Source of the DNA: an uncultured Clostridia bacterium
Lineage (GTDB): Bacteria; Bacillota; Clostridia; Christensenellales; UBA1242
Length of the DNA: 64,000 nt
Assembly (NCBI GenBank): GCA_944332315.1
Contig: CALVJT010000021.1
Coordinates: 73,568-137,567, forward strand
Direction: 5' to 3'
Below are positions 47,009-55,306 of this stretch, piece after piece. Within the stretch, counting starts at the first letter, position 1, and each line of letters begins with the position of its first letter. Below the pieces are notes generated by a model, which was not told the DNA's origin, made no database searches, and worked only from the letters and a program-made list of their open reading frames with translations. Made by a program: the position numbers and the translations under genes.

Positions 47009-47515
47009 TTATTTCCCCTCCTCAAAATTTAAGTCAATTAATTTTGCAAATGCATTGTTAATTATAGGTTTGCAATTACAATTTTGCATGTTTAAGTTAG
47101 CAAAGCATTGTGGGCATAATCCCTTACAATCGTCTTTGCACAAAAATTGATTGGGCAAGGATGTAAAAAGATTATCTTCTACCATTTTCGTTAAATCAAA
47201 ACATACTCCACTGTATGTATAGGCATCCTCATCCAAAGCATCCGAATTTGCGGGCAAAAAAAATTCATCAAATTCAAATGTATGCAATTTTTTGATGCGT
47301 TCACCGCAACGAAAACAATTTCCCGTCAAATACACAGAGCCCTGACCTTTAACAATAACTTTACCATTTGAATACTTATAGTGGACATCCAAATTGCAAT
47401 CAGAAATTGTCTCTATACCAAAATCTTTAACAAAATTGGAATCTAATTTAAGAATACAATTTGTATGTATGTATTCACCGCCATTTTTCTTGGCAAGTTC
47501 GAGGTCTAATTCCAT
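47009..47515 (-). CDS. yceD: YceD/DUF177 family protein (large-subunit rRNA accumulation protein)
   Basis: Lies immediately upstream of rpmF. C-terminal Cys cluster CKDDCKGLCPQC. SD GGAGAGG precedes ATG 47515, and the ORF-track TTG start lies in the -35. Confidence 0.8.
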   Translation of the reverse strand: MELDLELAKKNGGEYIHTNCILKLDSNFVKDFGIETISDCNLDVHYKYSNGKVIVKGQGSVYLTGNCFRCGERIKKLHTFEFDEFFLPANSDALDEDAYTYSGVCFDLTKMVEDNLFTSLPNQFLCKDDCKGLCPQCFANLNMQNCNCKPIINNAFAKLIDLNFEEGK

Positions 47516-47543
47516 TTGGCCCTCTCCTAATTTTGACTTATTA

Positions 47544-47572
47544 AGTATATATGATTTTTTATAAATTGTCAA
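47544..47572 (-). promoter_or_regulatory. yceD-rpmF promoter
   Basis: On the minus strand: TTGACA (47567-47572), 17-nt spacer, TATACT (47544-47549). Confidence 0.55.
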
Positions 47573-47659
47573 TTGTTTTTAATAAAAATGTCACTCAAGG
47601 CGCAAAATATTTGGAAAATATTTTAGTTTTAAGTATAATTAATCTATAAAGGAGTATTT

Positions 47660-49735
47660 ATGAACAGAAAGTTAGATGCATTTTTTTATCCCAAATCTAT
47701 TGCGGTTGTTGGCGCCTCAGAAAAAGCTGATACTGTAGGCTACAGGTTGCTAGATAACATAAAAAGTTGTGGCTATGAAGGAGCTATTTACCCTATCAAC
47801 CCTAAATACACCGAATGTCAGGGGCTACAATGCTTTGCTCGCGTTCAGGACCTTGATGAAATACCCAATTTAGTAATGGTAGCAATTCCTGCAAAGGCTG
47901 TTTTGCAGAATGTTAAAGAATGCGCTGAGTTTGGGGTAAAAAATTTTTATATCATTTCATCTGGTTTTGGAGAACTAGGAGCCGAGGGTAAAAAAATTGA
48001 AAAGGAAATATCCGATTTTGCTAAGGCAAACAGCATTAATATCATTGGGCCAAATACCATAGGCTTTGTAAACAATGATATAAATTTGAATGCTAATTTT
48101 TCGCAATCAACTTGCAAAAATGGCAATGCAGTTTTAATAAGCCAATCGGGTGCACTTACAAGCGGCATAATGAATATACTTGAGGATTCTCAGGTTGGGT
48201 TAAAATTTGGCATAAGCATAGGTAATGCTTGTGATGTAAATGTAGCAGACTTGATTAAATATTTTAGCAAAGATAAAGATATTGACCAAATATTGTTGTA
48301 TCTAGAATCTGTCCCCCAACCTGAATTATTTATGGAAGCTTGCAGGGAAAACAATAAAAAAATTATTTGCGTAAAATCTGGCAGGAGTGCCCGCGGGGCT
48401 GTTGCCGCTTCCTCACATACTGGAGCTTTGGCAAGTTCGGATACAATTGTCGATGCTTTTTTGAAACAGTGCGGAGTTATACGCGCAACAAGCATTGCCG
48501 AGATGGTGGATATAGCTACAATTTTTTGTACTGTCAAAAATTTATCCCCTGCCCAAAATGTTGTTGTAATTACTAATGCGGGTGGCCCTGCTATACTCAC
48601 TGTAGATGCATTGAGCAATCTTGGAATCAATTTATATGAATTTACCGATGAGGAAAAATCTTATATGCATTCATATCTACAAAGTCAAGCTTCCGTCAAA
48701 AACCCTGTAGATATGGTGGCCTCAGCTTCTGTAGATGACTATAAAAAGACACTCGAATTTTGTATTCAAAATGAAAAGATTGATGCTATAATTTGTATTC
48801 ATTTATACATTATGGGTACTAAGTCAAGCGAAATTGCAAGCTTAATTGACGAATTAAAAGCAAAGCACCCTAGCAAAATGATTGCAAGTGTATTTATAAC
48901 ACATCTAAATGAAATGGATGAAATTAAAAAGTATGTAAAATATATTCCCATTTTTGATTCTGGTGAAAGTGCAGCTCAAGCCATTAATTTAGCAAGTAAA
49001 ACTTTTATAAAAAATAAAAGTAAAGTAGAAAAGTTACGCAACAAAAATATTGAAAGAATATTAGAGGCAGTAAAGGCAGATAAAAGGAATTTGCTAACTA
49101 CCTACGAATCGCTCCAAGTACTAAAAGAACTTGAACTTCCGCTTGTAAAGTTTGGCCTAGTTAAAGACCCACAGTCAGCAAAAAATGTGGCAAATCAAAT
49201 TGGGTACCCTATTGCCATAAAAATTACATCTAAAACTATAACGCATAAGAGTGATGTAGGCGGGGTTAAAGTTGGAATACAAAATGATAAAGAACTTGTT
49301 CAGGCAATGGAAGAAATTAAAAATAGTTTACAACGCCACAATTGTTTAGATGGGTTGGATGGATTTTTGATACAGGAGATGAAGGCTTCTAATAGAGAAT
49401 TTGTTTACGGTATTGTAGACGATAGCCAATTTGGAAAATGCTCCATGTTTGGGCTCGGTGGCATTTTTGTCGAAACTCTTAAAGATGTTTGTTTTAGAGT
49501 TTTGCCAGTAGGCAGAGATGAGATTTTTGAGCAAATACAGAGCCTAAAAACATCTAAATTGCTTGGCAATGTCAGGAATTTGCCTTGTGCAAATCTAAAT
49601 CAACTTGTGGATACTATGGTCAAAATAAATAATTTTGCTATTAATTATGATATAAAGGAATTAGACCTTAATCCTATTTTAATAGATGATAAACTTGGCA
49701 ACATAGCTTTAATTGACGCTAGAATAAAAATATAG
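47660..49735 (+). CDS. ADP-forming acetyl-CoA synthetase / acyl-CoA synthetase (NDP-forming), fused alpha-beta
   Basis: N-terminal CoA-binding domain (PKSIAVVGAS), a succinyl-CoA-ligase-like domain with SHTGALA (phospho-His loop), and a C-terminal ATP-grasp. Confidence 0.85.
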   Translation: MNRKLDAFFYPKSIAVVGASEKADTVGYRLLDNIKSCGYEGAIYPINPKYTECQGLQCFARVQDLDEIPNLVMVAIPAKAVLQNVKECAEFGVKNFYIISSGFGELGAEGKKIEKEISDFAKANSINIIGPNTIGFVNNDINLNANFSQSTCKNGNAVLISQSGALTSGIMNILEDSQVGLKFGISIGNACDVNVADLIKYFSKDKDIDQILLYLESVPQPELFMEACRENNKKIICVKSGRSARGAVAASSHTGALASSDTIVDAFLKQCGVIRATSIAEMVDIATIFCTVKNLSPAQNVVVITNAGGPAILTVDALSNLGINLYEFTDEEKSYMHSYLQSQASVKNPVDMVASASVDDYKKTLEFCIQNEKIDAIICIHLYIMGTKSSEIASLIDELKAKHPSKMIASVFITHLNEMDEIKKYVKYIPIFDSGESAAQAINLASKTFIKNKSKVEKLRNKNIERILEAVKADKRNLLTTYESLQVLKELELPLVKFGLVKDPQSAKNVANQIGYPIAIKITSKTITHKSDVGGVKVGIQNDKELVQAMEEIKNSLQRHNCLDGLDGFLIQEMKASNREFVYGIVDDSQFGKCSMFGLGGIFVETLKDVCFRVLPVGRDEIFEQIQSLKTSKLLGNVRNLPCANLNQLVDTMVKINNFAINYDIKELDLNPILIDDKLGNIALIDARIKI

Positions 49736-49789
49736 AATACACCACATATGGTGTATTCTATTTTTATAATACATTATATTTAGTATTCT
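49733..49789. repeat. Compound palindrome locus E (overlaps the acyl-CoA synthetase stop codon)
   Basis: TAGAATACACCA-cata-TGGTGTATTCTA (49733-49760), followed by a T-run. After 10 nt comes a degenerate second unit, AATACAT-N8-GTATT (49768-49787). Confidence 0.9.
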
Positions 49790-49799
49790 ATATTTTTTG

Positions 49800-50060
49800 T
49801 CAGTATTCGAACCTAAAATCTCCATTTAATTTTTCAAAAAAATTGATTATATCAAAGTTTTCTTCCTCTTCAGCCATCTCGTATTCGTTAAATATATTTT
49901 GGGCAACTTCCTCATCGACAATATAATATTTTTCGACCTTCCCTTCTGAGTTCTTTATTCTATATAAATTTGTTTGTCCAAATATATTATAAGAAAGTAA
50001 GGCAGATATAACACCAAAAATAAGCACACTTAATAGCATCACTTTACCCAAAGTATTCAT
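49800..50060 (-). CDS. Hypothetical small membrane-anchored protein
   Basis: 86 aa with one N-terminal TM helix. Lies 5 nt downstream of the preceding ORF. Confidence 0.45.
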   Translation of the reverse strand: MNTLGKVMLLSVLIFGVISALLSYNIFGQTNLYRIKNSEGKVEKYYIVDEEVAQNIFNEYEMAEEEENFDIINFFEKLNGDFRFEY

Positions 50061-50065
50061 AAAAT

Positions 50066-50551
50066 TTATGCATTATCTTTATTTTCGTTAGCTTTTGTTT
50101 CTGGTTTCATTTTAAGGAACTCAAACAAATGCTCTACATTGTTCCTTTCAAATTCTAACACCTTGTTCGCCAACCCTATTATTTCCTCATCCGCTTCATC
50201 ATAATTAGCAACCGCTTTAACTAAATCAATAATACCCATCATGGTGCCTACAAGGAGCATTTCTGCTATGTGTTGTGTACTTGAGGAGGAAAGCAGATTG
50301 AGTTTTACAGACATCCATACCTGCGTTTTTTGTATAAAATTGTTATCTTTAAGGTTAATATCTTTAGAATTTGCTATCATTGCACATTCTTTTTCGAAAA
50401 CATAATATTGGCTTGTCTCCTTGCTCAATTCTAGTGTTATTTCCTTTAATTTTATATTGGATAGGACATTTTCTATAGATTGAGTTCCTACCCTTAGGTT
50501 TTTATAAATCTCATTCAATAATTCTAAATTGTCATCTTTTTTAACTTCCAT
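50066..50551 (-). CDS. Hypothetical protein (predicted all-helical)
   Basis: 161-aa ORF with the SD AAGGAGAG. No family recognised. Confidence 0.5.
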   Translation of the reverse strand: MEVKKDDNLELLNEIYKNLRVGTQSIENVLSNIKLKEITLELSKETSQYYVFEKECAMIANSKDINLKDNNFIQKTQVWMSVKLNLLSSSSTQHIAEMLLVGTMMGIIDLVKAVANYDEADEEIIGLANKVLEFERNNVEHLFEFLKMKPETKANENKDNA

Positions 50552-50590
50552 AATATGTCTCTCCTTAAGGGTATTATTTGCAAAATAAAT

Positions 50591-50623
50591 AAAAAAATCG
50601 CCAATTAAAGTTGGAGATTTTTT
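50591..50623 (-). terminator. Terminator after the radical-SAM-linked gene (symmetrical A-tract / stem / T-tract)
   Basis: AAATCGCCAA pairs with TTGGAGATTT with one mismatch, flanked by A7 and T6 runs. Confidence 0.45.
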
Positions 50624-50740
50624 CCAATTATGTGTACCAATGATTGATTTACATTTTTGAAAATATGTTACAAAATTCGCTAATTAGCATTGAGCTATGC
50701 GTCAACTTATTAACTTTATATTGCCCAAATTATATAATTA

Positions 50741-51346
50741 TTAATTAAACAAAAGAGATTCTATATCTACTAAATAATCATTTACTTTTTTATAGAGTGC
50801 AATTTTATTAATACTTTTTATTTCATATCCATATTGGTGTATGATATCAGCAATTTTTGACGGTTTAAGGTTAGCTTTTTGTCCGCAAGCAATTGTGCAT
50901 TGTAATATATTGTTATCCTTAGTTTGTATAGAATAAATTTTATTGCTAAATTCGCTTTGCCCTTTTATCACTTCCAATAACTGCGCATCAAATTTTGTAG
51001 TAGTAACAAATTCATATTGGGCATAATCTATTAAATCATAAAAATTGGGCTTTTGTTCAATCAATTTTACCAGACTTACCTCTAGCCCACTAGGGACATT
51101 TTTATTATATGATATCTTAAAGTTTTGAGTATCAGTGTAATCAGTTATTATGTACATATATTCGCACTGGCTTTGTATTCCTAAAGAAGTTGGCGGACTA
51201 AAATACAAAAGTTCGTGAGGATTAAAGCCTTGCGAGTAGCTAATATTTATTTTAGCTCTTTTTAGTGTTTGATTTATAACATCTCTACAATTCAAATAAG
51301 AGTTGTAGGTAAAAACACCACTTTTATTGAATTTTATTAATAACAC
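50741..51346 (-). CDS. Radical SAM-linked protein (TIGR03936/DUF2344-like)
   Basis: KINISYSQGFNPHELLYFSPPTSLG core. GTG 51346 is preceded by GGAGGA at a 7-nt spacing. The ORF-track TTG start at 51361 is also possible. Overlaps the upstream gene. Confidence 0.7.
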   Translation of the reverse strand: MLLIKFNKSGVFTYNSYLNCRDVINQTLKRAKINISYSQGFNPHELLYFSPPTSLGIQSQCEYMYIITDYTDTQNFKISYNKNVPSGLEVSLVKLIEQKPNFYDLIDYAQYEFVTTTKFDAQLLEVIKGQSEFSNKIYSIQTKDNNILQCTIACGQKANLKPSKIADIIHQYGYEIKSINKIALYKKVNDYLVDIESLLFN

Positions 51347-53108
51347 CAGAACATCCTCCAAATTTTATAAGCCCGCAATTTGCGCAACCTTGTCTACAAT
51401 CTTTTGTAGTACACTCGTTGCGTGATTTATGTCTTTCACTTATCAAGTAATCTTTACTTACACCAATATCTATGTGGTCCCAAGGGAGCATTTCGTTTTC
51501 GTCTATTTCCCCAGTGTATTTTGCAATGTCAGTTTTACTTAAAGCATCCTTCCATTTCTCAAAATCAAAATATTCTGTCCACCCATCAAAAATACAGCCG
51601 TTATGATATGCCCTTTCAATGACATCGGATAAATCTCTATCTCCCCTAGCTAAAATAGTTTCAATTAAACTAGTATTATAATCGTGATAATTATATGTAA
51701 CCTTTATTCCTTTCAATAAACTACTCAGCATTTTTATTTTTTCATCAATATCAGCTTTATCCGCAAATTTTTCGTACTGAAATGGAGTAAATGGCTTAGG
51801 CACAAAAATGCTTGTGCTTACTGTAATTTTAGGCAATTTATTTTTGCTTGTCGCCTTTTTATAAACCTCTTGTATTTTTTTACATAGTTCGGCTATTCCT
51901 ACTACATCATCAAGTGTTTCCGTCGGCAAACCCAGCATAAAATACAGTTTTATTTTATCATAGTTGGCTTGAAATGCTTGTTCAAGACTGCCCAATATGT
52001 TTTGCTCTGTTATATTTTTATTGATAACATCCCTTAACCTTTGAGTTCCCGCCTCTGGAGCAAAAGTAAGGCTAGATTTTCTGCTTTCAAAAGAATACGC
52101 CCCCTTGAAGCTATCTAACCTTAATGATGGCAACGATAGTTTTGTGCGAGTTAGCAAGGGCTCCTCTTTAAGTTTGGTAATTAATTGAGACAATTGAGAA
52201 TAATCGCTTGTTGAAAGACTGAAAAGCGAAAGTTCATCATAGCCTGTGTTTTGAATAATTTGCTTTGAAAGAGCACAAATATTTTCCACACTTCTTTCGC
52301 GGACAGGTCTATATATATACCCAGCTTGACAAAAACGGCATCCTCTTGTGCATCCTCTAAAAATTTCTACCGCACCCCTATTGTGCACTACATCTATATT
52401 AGGGACAATTGGTTTTTTCATAAAATAGGTATTATCAAGATTTTTTACCAATGCCTTTTTTATTTTTTCTGTGGTGTTTACTATAGTAAATTTTTGCTTG
52501 TTTGTTTTGTAAAATGATGGAATGTAAATGCCATCCAAATTTTTTATTAATTCAAAATACTCTTTCTTGGGCATACCCTTTTTATACAAATTTTGCAATT
52601 CAACATTTATTTGTTCGCCATCGCCTACGATGATGATATCCAAAAAATCTGCAATGGGTTCTAAATTCACTGCGCAAGGTCCGCCACCTATGATTATAGG
52701 AAATGTGTCGTCCCTATCCTTTGAACGCAAAGGAATGTCCGATAAATCTAGCATATATAAAAAGTTTGTATAGCTCATTTCGTACTGAAAAGTAAAATGC
52801 AAAAAATCAAACAATTTAAGTGGAGTATGACTTTCGAGAGAAAACAGCTGTAAGCCTTTTTCTTTAAGCAAGTTTGCAAAATCAACTTGCGGAGCAAAAC
52901 ATCTTTCGCAAAAACTACAATCTAAACTATTTATCAATTCATATAATATTTTTATGCCTGTATGGGACATTCCAACTTCGTACAAATCTGGAAAGCAAAA
53001 ACAATTTTTTATTTTGTTTTCATTAAAATTTGTTATCGAATTGTACTCTCCTCCCAAATATCTGGCAGGCTTTTCAATTTTTATTAAATCTGTATAGGTT
53101 AATTCCAT
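51324..53108 (-). CDS. Radical SAM family protein of unknown function (TIGR03960-like, B12-binding-like N-domain)
   Basis: CTRGCRFCQAG radical SAM cluster motif and a C-terminal Cys-rich tail CTTKDCRQGCANCG. 594 aa. Confidence 0.8.
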   Translation of the reverse strand: MELTYTDLIKIEKPARYLGGEYNSITNFNENKIKNCFCFPDLYEVGMSHTGIKILYELINSLDCSFCERCFAPQVDFANLLKEKGLQLFSLESHTPLKLFDFLHFTFQYEMSYTNFLYMLDLSDIPLRSKDRDDTFPIIIGGGPCAVNLEPIADFLDIIIVGDGEQINVELQNLYKKGMPKKEYFELIKNLDGIYIPSFYKTNKQKFTIVNTTEKIKKALVKNLDNTYFMKKPIVPNIDVVHNRGAVEIFRGCTRGCRFCQAGYIYRPVRERSVENICALSKQIIQNTGYDELSLFSLSTSDYSQLSQLITKLKEEPLLTRTKLSLPSLRLDSFKGAYSFESRKSSLTFAPEAGTQRLRDVINKNITEQNILGSLEQAFQANYDKIKLYFMLGLPTETLDDVVGIAELCKKIQEVYKKATSKNKLPKITVSTSIFVPKPFTPFQYEKFADKADIDEKIKMLSSLLKGIKVTYNYHDYNTSLIETILARGDRDLSDVIERAYHNGCIFDGWTEYFDFEKWKDALSKTDIAKYTGEIDENEMLPWDHIDIGVSKDYLISERHKSRNECTTKDCRQGCANCGLIKFGGCSGVINKIQ

Positions 53109-53174
53109 AATTTATCCTTTTGAATTAAATTTATATTTTTAATCGAAAATCATATAATAAAGTAAGAGGTTTAT

Positions 53175-54206
53175 ATGAATATAGTTTTAACTGGTGGCGG
53201 AACTGCTGGGCACATAATTCCTAATCTTGCGCTTATAGATGAACTAAAACAATATTTTGATAAAATTTATTATATTGGAAGCGATAAGGATAACGAAAAA
53301 AAACTTGTTGAAAATTATGGCATTCCGTATTATCCCATATCTACGCCTAAATTGATTAGAAAATTTACAACAAAAAATTTTTGTATACCCTTTCTACTTA
53401 TAAAAAGTATTAAATCTTGTAAAAAACTGTTACAAAAGCTAAAGCCAGATTTAGTCTTTTCTAAAGGCGGGTATGTATCTTTACCAGTTGTAATAGCTGC
53501 CCATAGATTAGGAATAAAGGTTGTTGTGCACGAATCTGATACATCAATGGGTTTAGCTAACAGGATATGTAGTAGATTTAGCAATAAAGTTTGCACTACA
53601 TTTCCTATTTACAAAAATAAGACTAAATACATTTGTACTGGAGCTCCCATACGCAAAGAATTTTTCCACCCAAGTAAAAAAGAGTATTTCAAAAATTCTA
53701 GATCGACAATTTTATTTGTTGGGGGCAGTCAAGGTGCTACAACCATCAATAATTTTGTATATGACAATTTAGATACATTGACAAAAAAATATAATGTTAT
53801 ACACATTTGTGGAACAAATAAACTAATTCCTAAAGAAAATCCAAATTATATTCAAATGGAATTTTGCGATGAAATGCCTACCTTAATAAATAGTTGTGAT
53901 TTGGTCATTACGAGAGGAGGCTCCAATGCCCTTTTTGAAATACTGGCTGTTGGAAAACCTATGATAATAGTACCGCTTTCCAAAAAAGAATCTAGAGGCG
54001 AACAAATAGAAAATGCCAACTTTTTTAAGCAACATAACTTAGCAACTACAATGAATAGTTTAGAAATAAATGCTTTACTACACAATATCGATACTCAACT
54101 ACAAAATCATAATAAAATTAAATCATTGCAAAATTCATTTATTTCAAATGCTGGCAGTAAAAATGTTGTAGATGTTATTATAAATACCATTAAAACTAAT
54201 AAATAA
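53175..54206 (+). CDS. murG: UDP-GlcNAc:undecaprenyl-PP-MurNAc-pentapeptide GlcNAc transferase
   Basis: N-terminal GGGTAGH motif, GT28 family length, and GGSQGA. Confidence 0.9.
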   Translation: MNIVLTGGGTAGHIIPNLALIDELKQYFDKIYYIGSDKDNEKKLVENYGIPYYPISTPKLIRKFTTKNFCIPFLLIKSIKSCKKLLQKLKPDLVFSKGGYVSLPVVIAAHRLGIKVVVHESDTSMGLANRICSRFSNKVCTTFPIYKNKTKYICTGAPIRKEFFHPSKKEYFKNSRSTILFVGGSQGATTINNFVYDNLDTLTKKYNVIHICGTNKLIPKENPNYIQMEFCDEMPTLINSCDLVITRGGSNALFEILAVGKPMIIVPLSKKESRGEQIENANFFKQHNLATTMNSLEINALLHNIDTQLQNHNKIKSLQNSFISNAGSKNVVDVIINTIKTNK

Positions 54207-54346
54207 ACAAATGTCTATAGTTTAATAATTTACTAATAATATTCATTTTGTTAACTATTATAAATTTTAATTCTATAATCAAATCCTCTTTAGGAGGTGC
54301 AACTAACTTAGAATATAAACAAATAAATAACTATATATGATATTTT

Positions 54347-54398
54347 ATTTTACTAAATATGGTGTATTATACTTGGATAATACACCATATTTAGTATT
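54347..54398. repeat. Compound palindrome locus F (between convergent murG and the Sel1-repeat gene)
   Basis: A 16-bp stem: AAATATGGTGTATTAT (54355-54370), loop acttgg, then ATAATACACCATATTT (54377-54392). This is GTGTATT-N10-AATACAC with degenerate outer half-sites at N8. Confidence 0.85.
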
Positions 54399-55241
54399 TT
54401 ATTCTTCGTAAATACTATTTTTTATTTTATCCATTAATTCAATAGCTAAAGGGAATCCTCCCTCGTAGCTTTGAGCTAGATAATTCATAGATTTTTCGAT
54501 ATCAACATCTACTCCTTCCCCTTTAGCATAGGCAAGCGCCATTATATACTGCGCCCTTAAATCCCCGCCATCAGCAGAATTTAGAAACAGTTTAATAACT
54601 TCTTTAGTAAATTCATTATTTGGAGCATTAGCACTCATTTGAATTGCAACTTCGTACTGGGCAAAAGGCGAACCAAGTTTACACGCCTTTTTAATCATAT
54701 CCCAACCTTTAGCTACATCTCTTTTTACCAATATGCCATTATCGGAAATATAAAACGAGCCAAGCATATAAATAGCATTTGCATAATTTTCAGCTGATAA
54801 TTTTTCAAATATAGTCAAGGCTTTTTTTTCATCTTGTTGCGTACCAAATCCAAACATATAGCACAATCCTATTCTAAACTGAGCAAGTATATTGCCACCA
54901 TTTGCTGATTGTTGTAGCATCTTAAAGCCTTCGCTTAGGCGGTTTTCCTTAAATAAATACACAGAATACTCTAGCATTGCGTCAGTTTGACCTTCCTCTG
55001 CAAGTGCTTTCCATACTGCACAAGCACCTTCCTCATTTTCTGCTATTTTGTACCCAGCATATAGGCAACAAGCATATTTATATTTATCAAAATCACTACA
55101 ATTATTCAAGTCCAATTTAGTAGGCTCAAAATTATCATATTCATTAGTATTGCCTAAAAGAAAATATGACTTTATCTCATTTAGAAAAATACTTTCTCCA
55201 GTTTTTTTAATGGCTTCCAAATCTTCTTTCTTTATTTCCAT
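54399..55241 (-). CDS. Sel1-repeat (TPR-like) protein
   Basis: Several Sel1-like repeats (A..W..AAEQG...A...LG.CY..G.G...D..KA). Confidence 0.75.
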   Translation of the reverse strand: MEIKKEDLEAIKKTGESIFLNEIKSYFLLGNTNEYDNFEPTKLDLNNCSDFDKYKYACCLYAGYKIAENEEGACAVWKALAEEGQTDAMLEYSVYLFKENRLSEGFKMLQQSANGGNILAQFRIGLCYMFGFGTQQDEKKALTIFEKLSAENYANAIYMLGSFYISDNGILVKRDVAKGWDMIKKACKLGSPFAQYEVAIQMSANAPNNEFTKEVIKLFLNSADGGDLRAQYIMALAYAKGEGVDVDIEKSMNYLAQSYEGGFPLAIELMDKIKNSIYEE

Positions 55242-55261
55242 ATAGCAACTCCTGCAAATAA

Positions 55262-55289
55262 ATTATACCATATTATTTATAAAAAGCAA
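55262..55289 (-). promoter_or_regulatory. Putative promoter of the Sel1-repeat gene
   Basis: On the minus strand: TTGCTT (55284-55289), 16-nt spacer, TGgTATAAT (-10 at 55262-55267). Confidence 0.45.
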
Positions 55290-55306
55290 AATATTTAACC
55301 CGTATT

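Noticed and set aside
8171-54398. Possibility that the recurring palindromes are a CRISPR array or CRISPR remnants
   Set aside because: The copies are dispersed over 46 kb, with only 2-4 half-sites per locus. There are no regularly spaced unique spacers and no cas genes.
37783-55290. Repeated string AATTATACCAT(A/T)TTATTTATAAAAA at 37786-37810 and 55261-55285
   Set aside because: On the minus strand both read TTTTTATAAATAA(A/T)ATGGTATAATT. This is an extended -10 promoter (TGgTATAAT) with an AT-rich upstream region, for miaB and for the Sel1-repeat gene. The match reflects promoter similarity, not a mobile repeat.
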